From Planctomycetales bacterium (GTDB lineage: Bacteria > 4484-113), in assembly GCA_037441675.1 (NCBI GenBank), contig JBBIRS010000004.1, forward strand, positions 1 through 64,000: a stretch of 64,000 bases of DNA, given 5' to 3'. The notes under the pieces were generated by a model. It had not been told where the DNA came from, did no database searches, and saw only the letters and a program-made list of their open reading frames with translations. Positions 30,455 through 40,821 of this stretch are shown one piece after another (positions within the stretch are counted from its first letter, which is position 1; each line of letters starts with the position of its first letter). Made by a program: the position numbers and the translations under genes.

Positions 30455-32029
30455 ATGGAGAATAAAGAAGCAAAATCAAACGTCCGAGTTCGGTTCGCTC
30501 CAAGCCCGACCGGATATCTTCACACCGGCGGTGCAAGGACTGCGCTTTTCAACTGGCTATTTGCGCGCAAGCATAACGGAACCTTCATCTTGAGGATTGA
30601 GGACACTGACGAAAAGCGTTCCACTCACGAAAATACGCAGGCGATTCTAGATAGCCTGCGCTGGCTTGGGCTTGACTGGGATGAAGGACCAGAAGTTGGA
30701 GGAGATTTTGCGCCCTATTTCCAATCCGAGCGTAAGGGACTTCACTTGAAATATGCGGATAGGCTTTGGCGTGATGGCCACGCGTACTACTGCGATTGCG
30801 AACCTCTCGGCGAAGAGCGGGAAGAGCGGTCAGAAGTGGAGAATGAATATTCGGCGGAAAATGATTACACGGGCGGAACTCGTGGCCAGTATGGGATTAA
30901 GACGCCAGCCACCCAAGTCAAAGCCGAGAGCTACCAGGGCGTGTTCAAGCGGTGTAAGTGCATTGAGCGCACTATGAGCGAGCAGTTGAAACTTCTAGCG
31001 GTAGGAAAGGCGGTCGCACTGAAGCTAAAGGTTGAGCCTGGTGAAGAGATTTCCTTCACAGACATTATCCGAGGCGAAATGGTCTTCAAGACAGAGGATA
31101 TCGGTGACCAAGTCCTTGTAAAACGCACGGGTTCACCTACATATAACTTTGCCTGCGTCGTTGATGATGCTACTATGGAAATCACTCACGTTATCCGAGG
31201 AGAAGACCATCTCAGCAATACGCCCAAGCAGATACTTATCTATAAGAAGCTCGGTTTGACACCACCAGCTTTCGCACATCTGCCGTTAATTCTTGGAATG
31301 GACCGCGCAAGGCTCTCCAAACGCCATGGCGCAACAAGCGTTTCTGCCTATAGGGAAATTGGAATTCTCCCTGAAGCGATGGTGAATTTCCTTTTGCTAA
31401 TCGGCTGGAACCCAAAAGACGAGAGGGAGGAATTTACCCGTGACGAGATGATTGCAAACTTTGACCTAACGGGAATTCAGAAAGCTGCTGGGGTGTTTAA
31501 CTTAGAGAAACTCTTCTGGTTTAACGGAAGATACATTCGGACTCTTAGCGACGAAGAATACCTCAAGCGAATCTATGAATACGTGCCGGCCGAATGGAAA
31601 AAGGCTCAGCGAGAGGATTATATTGCTGAGGTCTTGCTCCTTTTCAAGGACAGAGTGACGCATCTTTCGGAAATTGAAGAGCTTGCCTGGTGGTTTTTCC
31701 GCGCGCCTAACGAGAATGATTTCAAAAAAGAAGCATGGCTGGAAATTATGAATGGAGAACAAGTGGAAACAGTTTTGAAAGTTATACCTGCGAGGTTGAA
31801 GGCAATAAAAAACTGGGAGAAGACTGAAATTGAGAACGTCATCCGTAAATACGCGAATGAAAAAGAGTTGAAACTAAAAGATGTGGTCCAGCCTTTGCGC
31901 GTTGCTATAACAGGCGACAAGTTCAGTCCAGGATTTTTTGAGCTTGCTGAAATAATCGGCTCAGCGGAAATTGCAAAACGCGCGGAATTCGCTCGTGAGC
32001 TCTTGAAAAAGAAAGACTTCGTTGTATGA
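30455..32029 (+). CDS. gltX: Glutamate--tRNA ligase
   Basis: RFAPSPTGYLHTGG, LRIEDTD, HVIRGEDH and LSKRHG motifs. Confidence 0.97.
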   Translation: MENKEAKSNVRVRFAPSPTGYLHTGGARTALFNWLFARKHNGTFILRIEDTDEKRSTHENTQAILDSLRWLGLDWDEGPEVGGDFAPYFQSERKGLHLKYADRLWRDGHAYYCDCEPLGEEREERSEVENEYSAENDYTGGTRGQYGIKTPATQVKAESYQGVFKRCKCIERTMSEQLKLLAVGKAVALKLKVEPGEEISFTDIIRGEMVFKTEDIGDQVLVKRTGSPTYNFACVVDDATMEITHVIRGEDHLSNTPKQILIYKKLGLTPPAFAHLPLILGMDRARLSKRHGATSVSAYREIGILPEAMVNFLLLIGWNPKDEREEFTRDEMIANFDLTGIQKAAGVFNLEKLFWFNGRYIRTLSDEEYLKRIYEYVPAEWKKAQREDYIAEVLLLFKDRVTHLSEIEELAWWFFRAPNENDFKKEAWLEIMNGEQVETVLKVIPARLKAIKNWEKTEIENVIRKYANEKELKLKDVVQPLRVAITGDKFSPGFFELAEIIGSAEIAKRAEFARELLKKKDFVV

Positions 32030-32442
32030 AAGAGGATCTTTGGAGATTTGTTATGAGCTTCAAATTAAGTTTGTTAATCATGATTTTCGTTATTGATTTG
32101 TTCTTTTTAGTATCCTGCCCACAGAAAAATAAAGAGAGCGCGCCTGAAACATCTCAACAAGCATCAACAAACTCCTCGCCCTCTCACACTACTGAGACGA
32201 TTCGAGGTAAACACTTTGAGGTGAAATTTACGCTTTCTGGTCTTAAGAGCAAAGAAGATGCAGATAAACTTCGGAGCGAAATTGTACTGATAGAAGGCGT
32301 TACCGCTGTTCAGGTGGTTTTCAAAGGTGAAAAGGAAGGTGGACTGGCTTTTATAAGTTATGATCCGAATAAAACTGACGTTAATAGCATAAAGAGGGCG
32401 ATTAGTAAACTCGGCTATAGGGCTGAAGCGGAGAAAAATTAA
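32026..32442 (+). CDS. Lipoprotein with an HMA-fold domain lacking CxxC
   Basis: Lipobox LVSC; FTLSGL...EGV...YDP...I..LGY HMA pattern. Confidence 0.7.
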   Translation: MKEDLWRFVMSFKLSLLIMIFVIDLFFLVSCPQKNKESAPETSQQASTNSSPSHTTETIRGKHFEVKFTLSGLKSKEDADKLRSEIVLIEGVTAVQVVFKGEKEGGLAFISYDPNKTDVNSIKRAISKLGYRAEAEKN

Positions 32443-32730
32443 GAAGATTAACTTCTCCATTTGGAAGTGTATGCTTTCACAGATAATCGTCTTGTCCTTG
32501 CCAAACCGCAGTATTATGGAATCACTCCAACCATCAAGTGCGGGCATCACTAGGCAAGAAACATTGTTTCGTAATTACGTTTGAACACTGGTAAATTATC
32601 TTCAAGTCTTGGTAACTTCGTCTCGTACGTTTAACCATAAACGTTTCAATTGTGCTTCTCTCTTCAACGGTGTAATGAATTTAATCGCACCTAAGAAAAA
32701 TAATACAAAAAAATTACCTGCAGTTAAAAT

Positions 32731-32755
32731 ATACCATACCTACCTATGGTATAAT
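32731..32755 (+). promoter_or_regulatory. CsoR/RcnR-like operator overlapping the merA -10 box
   Basis: ATACCATA-CCTACC-TATGGTAT perfect 8-bp inverted repeat running into TATAAT. Confidence 0.65.
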
Positions 32756-32769
32756 AATTCATCTTAGAT

Positions 32770-34246
32770 ATGAGTGATATGGGTATCCATAGAAGGAACG
32801 ATTCATACGACATCCTGATACTGGGCGCAGGCTCAGCCGCTTTTGCCGCCGCTCTTAAAGCTGAACAGCTGGGGAAAATTGTGCTCATGGTTGAAAATCG
32901 CGTTATCGGCGGAACCTGAGTGAATCGCGGATGTATCCCCAGTAAGTTTTTAATAAACGCAGCTAAGATTTATCATCAACACAAGTCTTTGAAATTCAAT
33001 GGCCTTAATCTTACTGCGAACCCAGTGGCTTTTGAGGCACTCATCAAGCAGAAGGACTCATTAGTGGAAAAACTGAGGAAGGCAAAGTATATGGATATTG
33101 CCCAAGACAGCCCAAACATAACTGTCATTGAGGGAACAGCAAGATTTAGAAATGAGCACTCAGTATGGGTTAATGGTAAGCTCTACTCAGCAGAGCACAT
33201 CCTTGTGACTACTGGAGCGTGTCCGTTTATACCGCCCATTCGAGGGCTAGACAAAGTACCGTATCTAACAAGTGAGCTCATCTCAACCGAAAGTGGAACA
33301 AGGCTAAGTTACTTACCCCGAAAGCTAGTGGTCCTAGGAGGTGGTTATATCGCATGCGAGCTAGCCCAGATGTTCCATAGATTTGGCTCTGAGGTCATTC
33401 TAATTGTACGAGGAAACCGCCTGCTACCAACAGGTTTTGAACCAATACTAGGTGAAACTCTGTTGAACATTTTCACTGAGGAAGGTATAACTGTAATGCT
33501 AGGTTATCAACCTATAGAGGTTCAAAAATGTGAAGATGAAATTCAACTTCTTGTCAAGTCTTCCGATGAAGGAAGCGAATCCTTAAACAAAAAGCTTATA
33601 AGCGCTTCTCATCTGTTAATTGCCACCGGAGTTTGCCCAAATACTGCGGGATTGAACCTAGAAGCAGCTGGCATTCAAAAAGATGAAGCGGGCTTCATTG
33701 TCGTGGACGGATACTTCCGAACCTCTACCCCAGGCGTATGGGCGGTGGGTGACGTAATCGGACCGCCTTTAGCTACGCCGATTAGCGCGAGAGAAGCTGT
33801 GCTTGCAGTTCACAATATGTTCGCCGCAGAGAATGAAAATGAAATGAAGTCAATGAACTACATAGCGGTACCCCGTGCTGTGTTTACGGATCCGGAAGTG
33901 GCTACCGTTGGGCTCACAACAGAGCAGGCAAAAGAACTCGAAATAGAAACGGTGTCACGCACAATCACCCTTGAGCATGTCCCGAGAGCAAATTGCTTGT
34001 TGGATACGAGGGGTGTGGCAAAAATGCTCATCAAGAAGGATACTCAACAGGTGCTAGGAGTGCATCTAGTAGCTCATAATGCTTCCGAAATTATACACGA
34101 GGCTACCCTTAGCCCTCCTATGCGGACTAACCTTAGAGGATATCATTGAAACGGTTCACGTATACCCGACAATGAGCGAGGTTATTAGAATGCTTGTTCA
34201 AGCCTTTGAACGGGACGTGGCTAAGCTATCCTGTTGCGCTGAATAA
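32770..34246 (+). pseudogene. merA: Mercuric reductase (no NmerA domain) with TGA at the first redox Cys and a +1 frameshift near 34106
   Basis: GAGSAAFAAA; GGT(TGA)VNRGCIPSK; shifted-frame tail HVYPTMSE...KLSCCAE*. Confidence 0.85.
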
Positions 34247-34332
34247 GAAAATCTATGGCGCAGAATTTGAGGCTTAATGACAAATGAGATACTACTTGAA
34301 AGACTAATATCCAAATCTATCTGGAGGTTCAT

Positions 34333-34632
34333 ATGGAAAAATGCAAGACTGCTGTTTACCTAAGCGACGAAGTTCAGAGAGAACTAAGAGACCGACTCAA
34401 CAGGATAACGGGGCAGGTAAAGGGTTTACTACAGATGATTGAAAAGCATAGTGAGTGCGAATCTATTCTCATTCAATTCGCTAGCGTCAAATCTGCACTT
34501 TCTTCAGCGATGGTCAGACTACTCGAAGGGCACATTGAAACTTGTGTTCTTGAAGACGTAAGGCAAAGGAGAGGCGAGGAAGCCTTAAAGAAGTTAGGTT
34601 CTGCCCTGTCAATAGCGCTAAGGAGGACTTAA
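34333..34632 (+). CDS. csoR: CsoR/RcnR family metal-sensing repressor
   Basis: RLNRITGQV...C..IL.Q..SV...H...C ligand pattern. Confidence 0.88.
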   Translation: MEKCKTAVYLSDEVQRELRDRLNRITGQVKGLLQMIEKHSECESILIQFASVKSALSSAMVRLLEGHIETCVLEDVRQRRGEEALKKLGSALSIALRRT

Positions 34633-34675
34633 CGTTATTGATTATTTTGAAATGTAAAAACAAGGAGAAAATACT

Positions 34676-35407
34676 ATAGAAAACAAACTAACAAAAAGCA
34701 TTGTTATGCGGATTGTTGCCCTTATTCTTGGCGGAATGGCTCCGCTTACTCTTCTCATCTCTGCAGGAAAAATCGTTCCTCTTCGTGTAAGTTTCTTCTA
34801 CTATCTTGTTCCAGCGTTTATCTTGCTGATTGTGCTAGCGGTAATTTGGTCAAGGGAAGCGGATGACTTTGTCGGAAAACAGGTTGGTGTCTCATTTATG
34901 GCTGGTATCGCCCTAACCCTAGTCCTAGACGCATTGAGGTGGGGCGCGGTAGCAAATAAGTTTATGCCAATGGACATCCAACAGGATTTGGAATGATGAT
35001 TACCGGTATGCAAATGCCTATGATGGATGGGTGGTAATGGCAGTGGTGGCATGGAAGGGCAAATGATGACTATGATGCCGTTGGGGGTTCTATTTGCAGG
35101 TTATATCTATCATTACATGAATGGTGTTGCCTTTGCGCTTATATACATCCTGCTGTTTGGTAGTCAGCGTTACTACTGGGGTATAGTCTACGCTCTCCTT
35201 TTCACTGAGTTAGGAATGATGGTGTCATTACCTTTGCTTATGCCGGGCGCATCAATAGCTGCGCTTAACATGGGTGGTGGGGTACTGCTTGGTTCTATGC
35301 TTGCGCACACAGCTTTAGGCTATGTACTCGGCTTTTTCTCTGAACATGAAGTTCACGGTAATGGTCTAATTCAGGAAATTCTAGCATGGTCAACACAAAA
35401 AGGATAA
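34676..35407 (+). pseudogene. Polytopic membrane protein with a Met-rich loop; two frameshifts and an apparent ATG>ATA start loss
   Basis: AAGGAG RBS, then ATA 34676 in frame; the intervening frame reads GMMITGMQMPMMDG; C-part YHYMNGVAF...H...G. Confidence 0.65.
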
Positions 35408-35423
35408 AAGAGGTGAACCGTCT

Positions 35424-36505
35424 ATGAAAAACAATAAATCTAGTTTATTCGCAAGTGGAGGTCTTCTAGCGGCTATGGTGAGCTATGCCTGCTGCACGCT
35501 ACCTTTTATTCTTGGCGGTATAGGCGTTAGCTCGGGATGGCTTTCAACATACTTAGAACCTATTCGCCCTTACTTAATTGTTATGAGCCTCATTATTCTA
35601 GCATCAGCACATTACTTCGCGTGGAGACCAAAGAGAAATACATCTCAAAAAGAATTTGCAAGTTTATCAGATGTGGAAGCTTGCACTCACTGCCATAATC
35701 CGATATCGGCTGACGTTGAAAGAGCTAGTTCATTAAGAATTTTGACCGCTTCACAAGTTATAAGCCCGCCAGTACATTAATAAACTTTCTAGCGCTAGAA
35801 GCTGTAACTCTCATATCAGCTATACTGATAGTCTTCCCATACCTTAGCCATAAATACTATCAGGACGGCGCACTTGCTCAGACTAGATCTGCAAATTGGT
35901 CAACAAGCGAAAATTCACGAGTAACTGAGAAAGTTCCAATTTTAAACGATGAGCTCAATTCGTTAAACCTAGAAGTTGGAGGAATGACCTGCGGCGCATG
36001 TGCAGCTGGGATTAAATATTCCCTTGAAAGAATGGAAGGAGTTCAAAGTGCTAATGTAATTTTCAAGGGGATGAGCCAAGAGGGTGAAGTAGAAGTGAAG
36101 TATGATAGGAAGAAAGTTTCAAAGGAACAGATTCGAAAGAAAATTGAAACACTTGGGTATAACGTTGGTAAGGATGCTGAAAAAAAAATGAAGATTGAAA
36201 TTCTATACTTTGATGGTTGCCCAACTTACAAGCTGGTGGAGAAATGGCTGAATGAACTCCGAGAGGAAGAGGGATTTCAGTTCGAACTTGAGCTGATAAA
36301 CGTGGATAGCGATGAGAAGGCGGTTCAGCTTAAGTTTACGGGTTCACCTACGGTAAGGGTGAATGGAGAAGAGCTTTTTCCACCAAGCCCTGAGGCGCCA
36401 TACGCACGCACCTGCAGAATGTTCTGTTGGAATGGGAAAATGCATGGAGCGCCTCCAAGGGAAATGCTCCATCAGAAAATTTCAGCCTTAATTAAACATT
36501 CCTGA
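35424..36505 (+). pseudogene. MerT-like transporter fused to HMA (MerP-like) and thioredoxin-like (DUF2703-like) domains, frameshifted at about 35730-35780
   Basis: ACCTLP; third TM ...ILIVFPY in frame with GMTCGAC; then MKIEILYFDGCP...FTGSPT...CR. Confidence 0.7.
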
Positions 36506-36559
36506 CATTTTTCTGCATTGTTCCGTTTCATCTTGTGCTATACTGACAGTCCCGAATAG

Positions 36560-37951
36560 ATGAACCTCTTATTTAAGCGCGTAAAGGTTTTTGATGGAAC
36601 AAAGTTCCTGAAAGGTAGAAGGGATGTTTTGCTTTTGAAGGATAGGGTTGAAAGAATTGAGGAACAAATCGCTACTCGGGGACTTCCAAAGAGTACAAAG
36701 ATAATAGAATGCCACAACCTCTGGCTTTCTCCGGGATTCATTGATTTGCATTGTCATTTACGTGAGCCTGGAGAGATTGAAAAAGAAACAATTGAAACCG
36801 GACTACTTTCCGCAGGAAAAGGAGGCTTCACATTTGTAGTTTCAATGCCGAACACAAAACCACCTTGCGACAATATTAAGATCTATAAGTTTCAACTGCA
36901 GGCGAGGGAGAAAGCTATAAAAAATGTTGGTCGTATTCTTCCTGAACTTTTACCCTCATGCGCATTGACAAAGGGAAGGCAAGGCGCTGAGCCGGTGAAA
37001 TTTGCTCCACTAGTGAAAGCTGGGGGCAAGATTTTTACCGATGACGGACGCGATGTTCTGGACGAGTTCGTTCTACGGGAAATATTCTTGAATCTTTCAA
37101 GGTTTAAGGGAATTAGAAAAATGTTCCACGCTGAAGCATACGGGCTATCTAAAGGGGGTATTGTTCATTTGGGTCCTGTAAGCAAGAAACTAAAGGTTCA
37201 GGGAAACACTAGATTATCTGAGGATGTGGCGGTTGCACGTGCCCTTGTGTTTGCGGAGGCTTTCAAAGTTCCAATTCACATTACACATTTAAGTAGTTAC
37301 CGAAGTGTCCTCTTTATCAAGAGAGCAAAGAGAGTATTTGAAGATGAACTGGGACTTCATGACGCGCTGACGTGCGATGTTACTCCGCATCATCTTGCGC
37401 TTACTGTTGAGGACGTAAAGAAATTAGGTTCTCTGGCAAAAGCAAACCCTCCTTTACGAGAGGAAAAGGATAGAGATTATCTAGTAAAGGGATTACTTGA
37501 CGGAACAATTGATTGCATTGCTACTGACCACGCTCCACATACCTCTAAGGAGAAGGCTCTAGGGTTGAAAAAAGCTCCCTTTGGCATCGGCGGGTTTGAA
37601 ACGGCGTTCGCGGTAGCGATGGAAGCATGTAACGCGTGGAAAAATTTAGAGAGAACAGAAAGAGTCCTATCAGCCCTAACAAGCAAGCCCGCAGAGATAC
37701 TTTATATACCTGAACGTGGACGACTCAGAGAAGGATCCTACGCAAACATCACCGTCATTGATCCTAATTGCCGATGGATAGTGCGGGGAGAAGAGTTTGC
37801 CAGCAAATGTAAACTTACCCCCTTTGAAGGCAGAGAGCTAAGGGGAAAGGTTGTCGCAACTTTAGTAAATGGAGAAGTTGCTTACGCCGATTGCGAAAGA
37901 TTCAAATGCAGAAATTGCGAAATATTAAATGGCATAGGATGTAGTTCATAA
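36560..37951 (+). CDS. pyrC: Dihydroorotase
   Basis: DLHCHLREPG, MPNTKP, KANPPLR and ATDHAPH motifs. Confidence 0.95.
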   Translation: MNLLFKRVKVFDGTKFLKGRRDVLLLKDRVERIEEQIATRGLPKSTKIIECHNLWLSPGFIDLHCHLREPGEIEKETIETGLLSAGKGGFTFVVSMPNTKPPCDNIKIYKFQLQAREKAIKNVGRILPELLPSCALTKGRQGAEPVKFAPLVKAGGKIFTDDGRDVLDEFVLREIFLNLSRFKGIRKMFHAEAYGLSKGGIVHLGPVSKKLKVQGNTRLSEDVAVARALVFAEAFKVPIHITHLSSYRSVLFIKRAKRVFEDELGLHDALTCDVTPHHLALTVEDVKKLGSLAKANPPLREEKDRDYLVKGLLDGTIDCIATDHAPHTSKEKALGLKKAPFGIGGFETAFAVAMEACNAWKNLERTERVLSALTSKPAEILYIPERGRLREGSYANITVIDPNCRWIVRGEEFASKCKLTPFEGRELRGKVVATLVNGEVAYADCERFKCRNCEILNGIGCSS

Positions 37952-37963
37952 GATCTTACAAGT

Positions 37964-39241
37964 ATGAAGAAGGCGATTCTCGTTCTTGAAGATGGAAAAG
38001 TGTTAGAGGGTGAGCTTATCGGCAAGCCTGGAACCACTCATGGCGAAATCGTTTTTAATACCTCAATGATGGGTTACCAGGAGATTCTGACAGATCCAAG
38101 CTACGCAGGACAAATAATAGTTTTCACCTTTCCCCTTATTGGCATTTACGGTGTGAATCCCGAGGATGACCAAAGTAGGAAGATATTCGCCCGTGGTCTA
38201 ATTGTCTCAGAGTACTGTCCACATATGGACAATTTCCGAGCGGACAGACTTCTAATCGACAAATTAAAGAGTGATGGAATTACGGGAATATCGGGTATTG
38301 ACACCCGATTCGTTACAAAGATTATTCGCGATGCTGGAGAGATGAAAGCATTAATCACCAGTGAGCTTACAGAGACTGAGGCAAAACAAACGCTAGCTGA
38401 CACACCAGTTTTATCTCAGGAAGATGTGGTGAAAGAGGTAGTCTTAGCAGAACCTTACGACTGGCCACCACCAGGAAGGAAAATTGCCCCAAACACCCTA
38501 CTTGAGGGTGTCGCATTTATGGAGGCTGAGAAGGAAAAAAGCTTGACCGAATTCTCACGGAAAGAATCGCAAGCAGAGAGCTTCCGTGTGGCGGTGATGG
38601 ACTTCGGAGTGAAGTATGCGATTCTTGATAATCTCGTTTCACGAGGTTGCGAAGTTCGCGTCTTCCCAGCGACGAGCGGAGCTGAAGAGATTCTCAAGTA
38701 TCAGCCGGATGGTCTGCTTATAAGTAATGGTCCCGGTGACCCTGCCAGATGCAATTTTGCATTTCCCACGATTCGAGAGTTTTCAAGCAAGCTTCCTACT
38801 TTTGGGATTTGCCTTGGGCATCAGCTCCTGGCTTATGCCTACGGGCTATCCTGCTATAAGATGAAATTTGGGCATAGGGGTGCAAATCACCCGGTGAGGG
38901 ATTTGAGGGATACTCACGCACACATTACAAGCCAAAACCACTCCTACGCAGTCAAATTGCCTGAAGAAGTTGTTGAAAAGTTGAGGGAGGAACGAGGCGA
39001 AAAAGTTGGAGAACGTGCTTCGCTTGCGCTACCAAGAGCACAATTTGAAATTGAAGGAACTGGGCTAATAGTTGATAAAGTACATATAAACGATGGAACA
39101 GTTGAAGGATTGCACCACGAAAAATTCCCATTCTTCTCGGTGCAATACCACCCTGAAGGACATCCAGGACCCGAGGATAATCTGTATCTCTTTGATGAGT
39201 TTATAGGCAAGATTAAGGCGCAAAAGGGATACGATTCTTAA
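37964..39241 (+). CDS. carA: Carbamoyl-phosphate synthase small subunit
   Basis: GYQEILTDPSY, SNGPGDP, GICLGHQ and QYHPE motifs. Confidence 0.96.
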   Translation: MKKAILVLEDGKVLEGELIGKPGTTHGEIVFNTSMMGYQEILTDPSYAGQIIVFTFPLIGIYGVNPEDDQSRKIFARGLIVSEYCPHMDNFRADRLLIDKLKSDGITGISGIDTRFVTKIIRDAGEMKALITSELTETEAKQTLADTPVLSQEDVVKEVVLAEPYDWPPPGRKIAPNTLLEGVAFMEAEKEKSLTEFSRKESQAESFRVAVMDFGVKYAILDNLVSRGCEVRVFPATSGAEEILKYQPDGLLISNGPGDPARCNFAFPTIREFSSKLPTFGICLGHQLLAYAYGLSCYKMKFGHRGANHPVRDLRDTHAHITSQNHSYAVKLPEEVVEKLREERGEKVGERASLALPRAQFEIEGTGLIVDKVHINDGTVEGLHHEKFPFFSVQYHPEGHPGPEDNLYLFDEFIGKIKAQKGYDS

Positions 39242-39348
39242 TCGTTCAGTTCGGACACGCACACATTTTCCCAGATTCCTCCATCATTCTTGAACAATGA
39301 ACAATGAATTGAGTATTAGTGTCTATATATTTACTTAGGATGTGAAGA

Positions 39349-40809
39349 ATGACGGCTTGGAACAAAGAATTATCTCAACACCTACTAAGTAGAGCTGGCT
39401 TTGGTGGGGATGTAAAACTCAGGGATCACTTCGTTAAATTAGGAATATCTGAGGCGGTGAACGCTTTGTTTCCTCCTGATAATTACAGTTCTGCCTCCTC
39501 GCCAGACTTGAGTTCGGTAAGAGAGATGGAGGAGCAGGCGGTAAGAATCCTCAGACAACCTGGCGCAAGGCAAAAGCTTCGAGAAACAGAGGAGGGGAAA
39601 GAGCTGTTGCAGAAGTTTCAGCAGGCGAATCGGCAGGGGATAATTGCCATCACTGGCTGGTGGGTGGATGAAATGCTGAGGACACCCTACCCTCTCCTTG
39701 AAAAGATGACACTCTTCTGGCACAACCATTTCACTAGCTCCTTTATGGACGTAAAAAGAGCAAATTTTTTATGGAAACAAAACGACCTCTTGAGGAAAAA
39801 CGCTCTTGGAAGCTTTAGAACTCTTCTTCTAGAAACTGCCAAAGATCCTGCGATGCTTGAATACCTTGATAATAGCCAGAACAGGAAAGAACATCCAAAC
39901 GAGAACTACGCGAGGGAACTTTGTGAGCTATTCACACTCGGAGAGGGAAACTACACTGACCAAGATGTAAAAGAAGCGGCGAGAGCATTCACAGGATGGA
40001 CACATAATCCACAAGGAGAGTTCATATTCCGTCCAGCTTGGCACGACAATGGGGAGAAGACTTTTCTTGGTAGAAGGGGAAACTTTAATGGTGAGGACAT
40101 TATTGAAATCCTACTTGAAGAAAAAGAGACTTCAAGATTCCTAACGAGGAAATTCTTGCGATTCTTCATAACGGAAGAACCTAATTCGCAAATGATAGAA
40201 AAGTTTGCAGATATTTTTAGAAAAGGCGACTTAGAAGTAAAACCGTTACTAAAATCAATGTTCACTTCCGAAGAGTTTTATTCAGATCAAAACCGCGGAA
40301 ACCTTGTGAAGAGTCCTGTTGATTTCGTTATAGGAACTTTGAGGTTGATGAGAATAAATTTTCCACGCCCTGAGATACTGTGGGGATTTATGGGGTTAAT
40401 GGGGCAGAGGCTTCTTGACCCACCAACCGTTGCCGGATGGAAAGGAGGCAAGAACTGGCTCTCATCCTCAACTCTTACATTAAGAAACGATTTCATCCGC
40501 GCTCTTATAACGGGTGAAATTCCAAATATTAGTCCCAGGGGAAAAGTTAAAAATAGAGCCAAGCAAATAAAGCTACCTCGCCCGCCATTCGTTCCAGAGA
40601 ACGTGCTTCCTCAAGAGGCATTTTCCAATCCGACAAATGCAGTTATTCACACTGTAGACCATTTCATCGGACGCGAACTTTCCCCCGATCGCCTTCAGCC
40701 TTTATTTAAGTTCGCGCAGGATGCTTTTCTGCAAGAAAAGGAGGAGGCCTCTGCCTTGAGGAGAATTACTTACCTGGTATTATCAATGCCCGAGTATCAA
40801 CTTTGTTAG
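39349..40809 (+). CDS. DUF1800 family protein
   Basis: HLLSRAGFG, EKMTLFWHNHF, PAMLEYLDN, NENYARE and PEYQL motifs. Confidence 0.9.
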   Translation: MTAWNKELSQHLLSRAGFGGDVKLRDHFVKLGISEAVNALFPPDNYSSASSPDLSSVREMEEQAVRILRQPGARQKLRETEEGKELLQKFQQANRQGIIAITGWWVDEMLRTPYPLLEKMTLFWHNHFTSSFMDVKRANFLWKQNDLLRKNALGSFRTLLLETAKDPAMLEYLDNSQNRKEHPNENYARELCELFTLGEGNYTDQDVKEAARAFTGWTHNPQGEFIFRPAWHDNGEKTFLGRRGNFNGEDIIEILLEEKETSRFLTRKFLRFFITEEPNSQMIEKFADIFRKGDLEVKPLLKSMFTSEEFYSDQNRGNLVKSPVDFVIGTLRLMRINFPRPEILWGFMGLMGQRLLDPPTVAGWKGGKNWLSSSTLTLRNDFIRALITGEIPNISPRGKVKNRAKQIKLPRPPFVPENVLPQEAFSNPTNAVIHTVDHFIGRELSPDRLQPLFKFAQDAFLQEKEEASALRRITYLVLSMPEYQLC

Positions 40810-40821
40810 GAGAAAAAGAAA

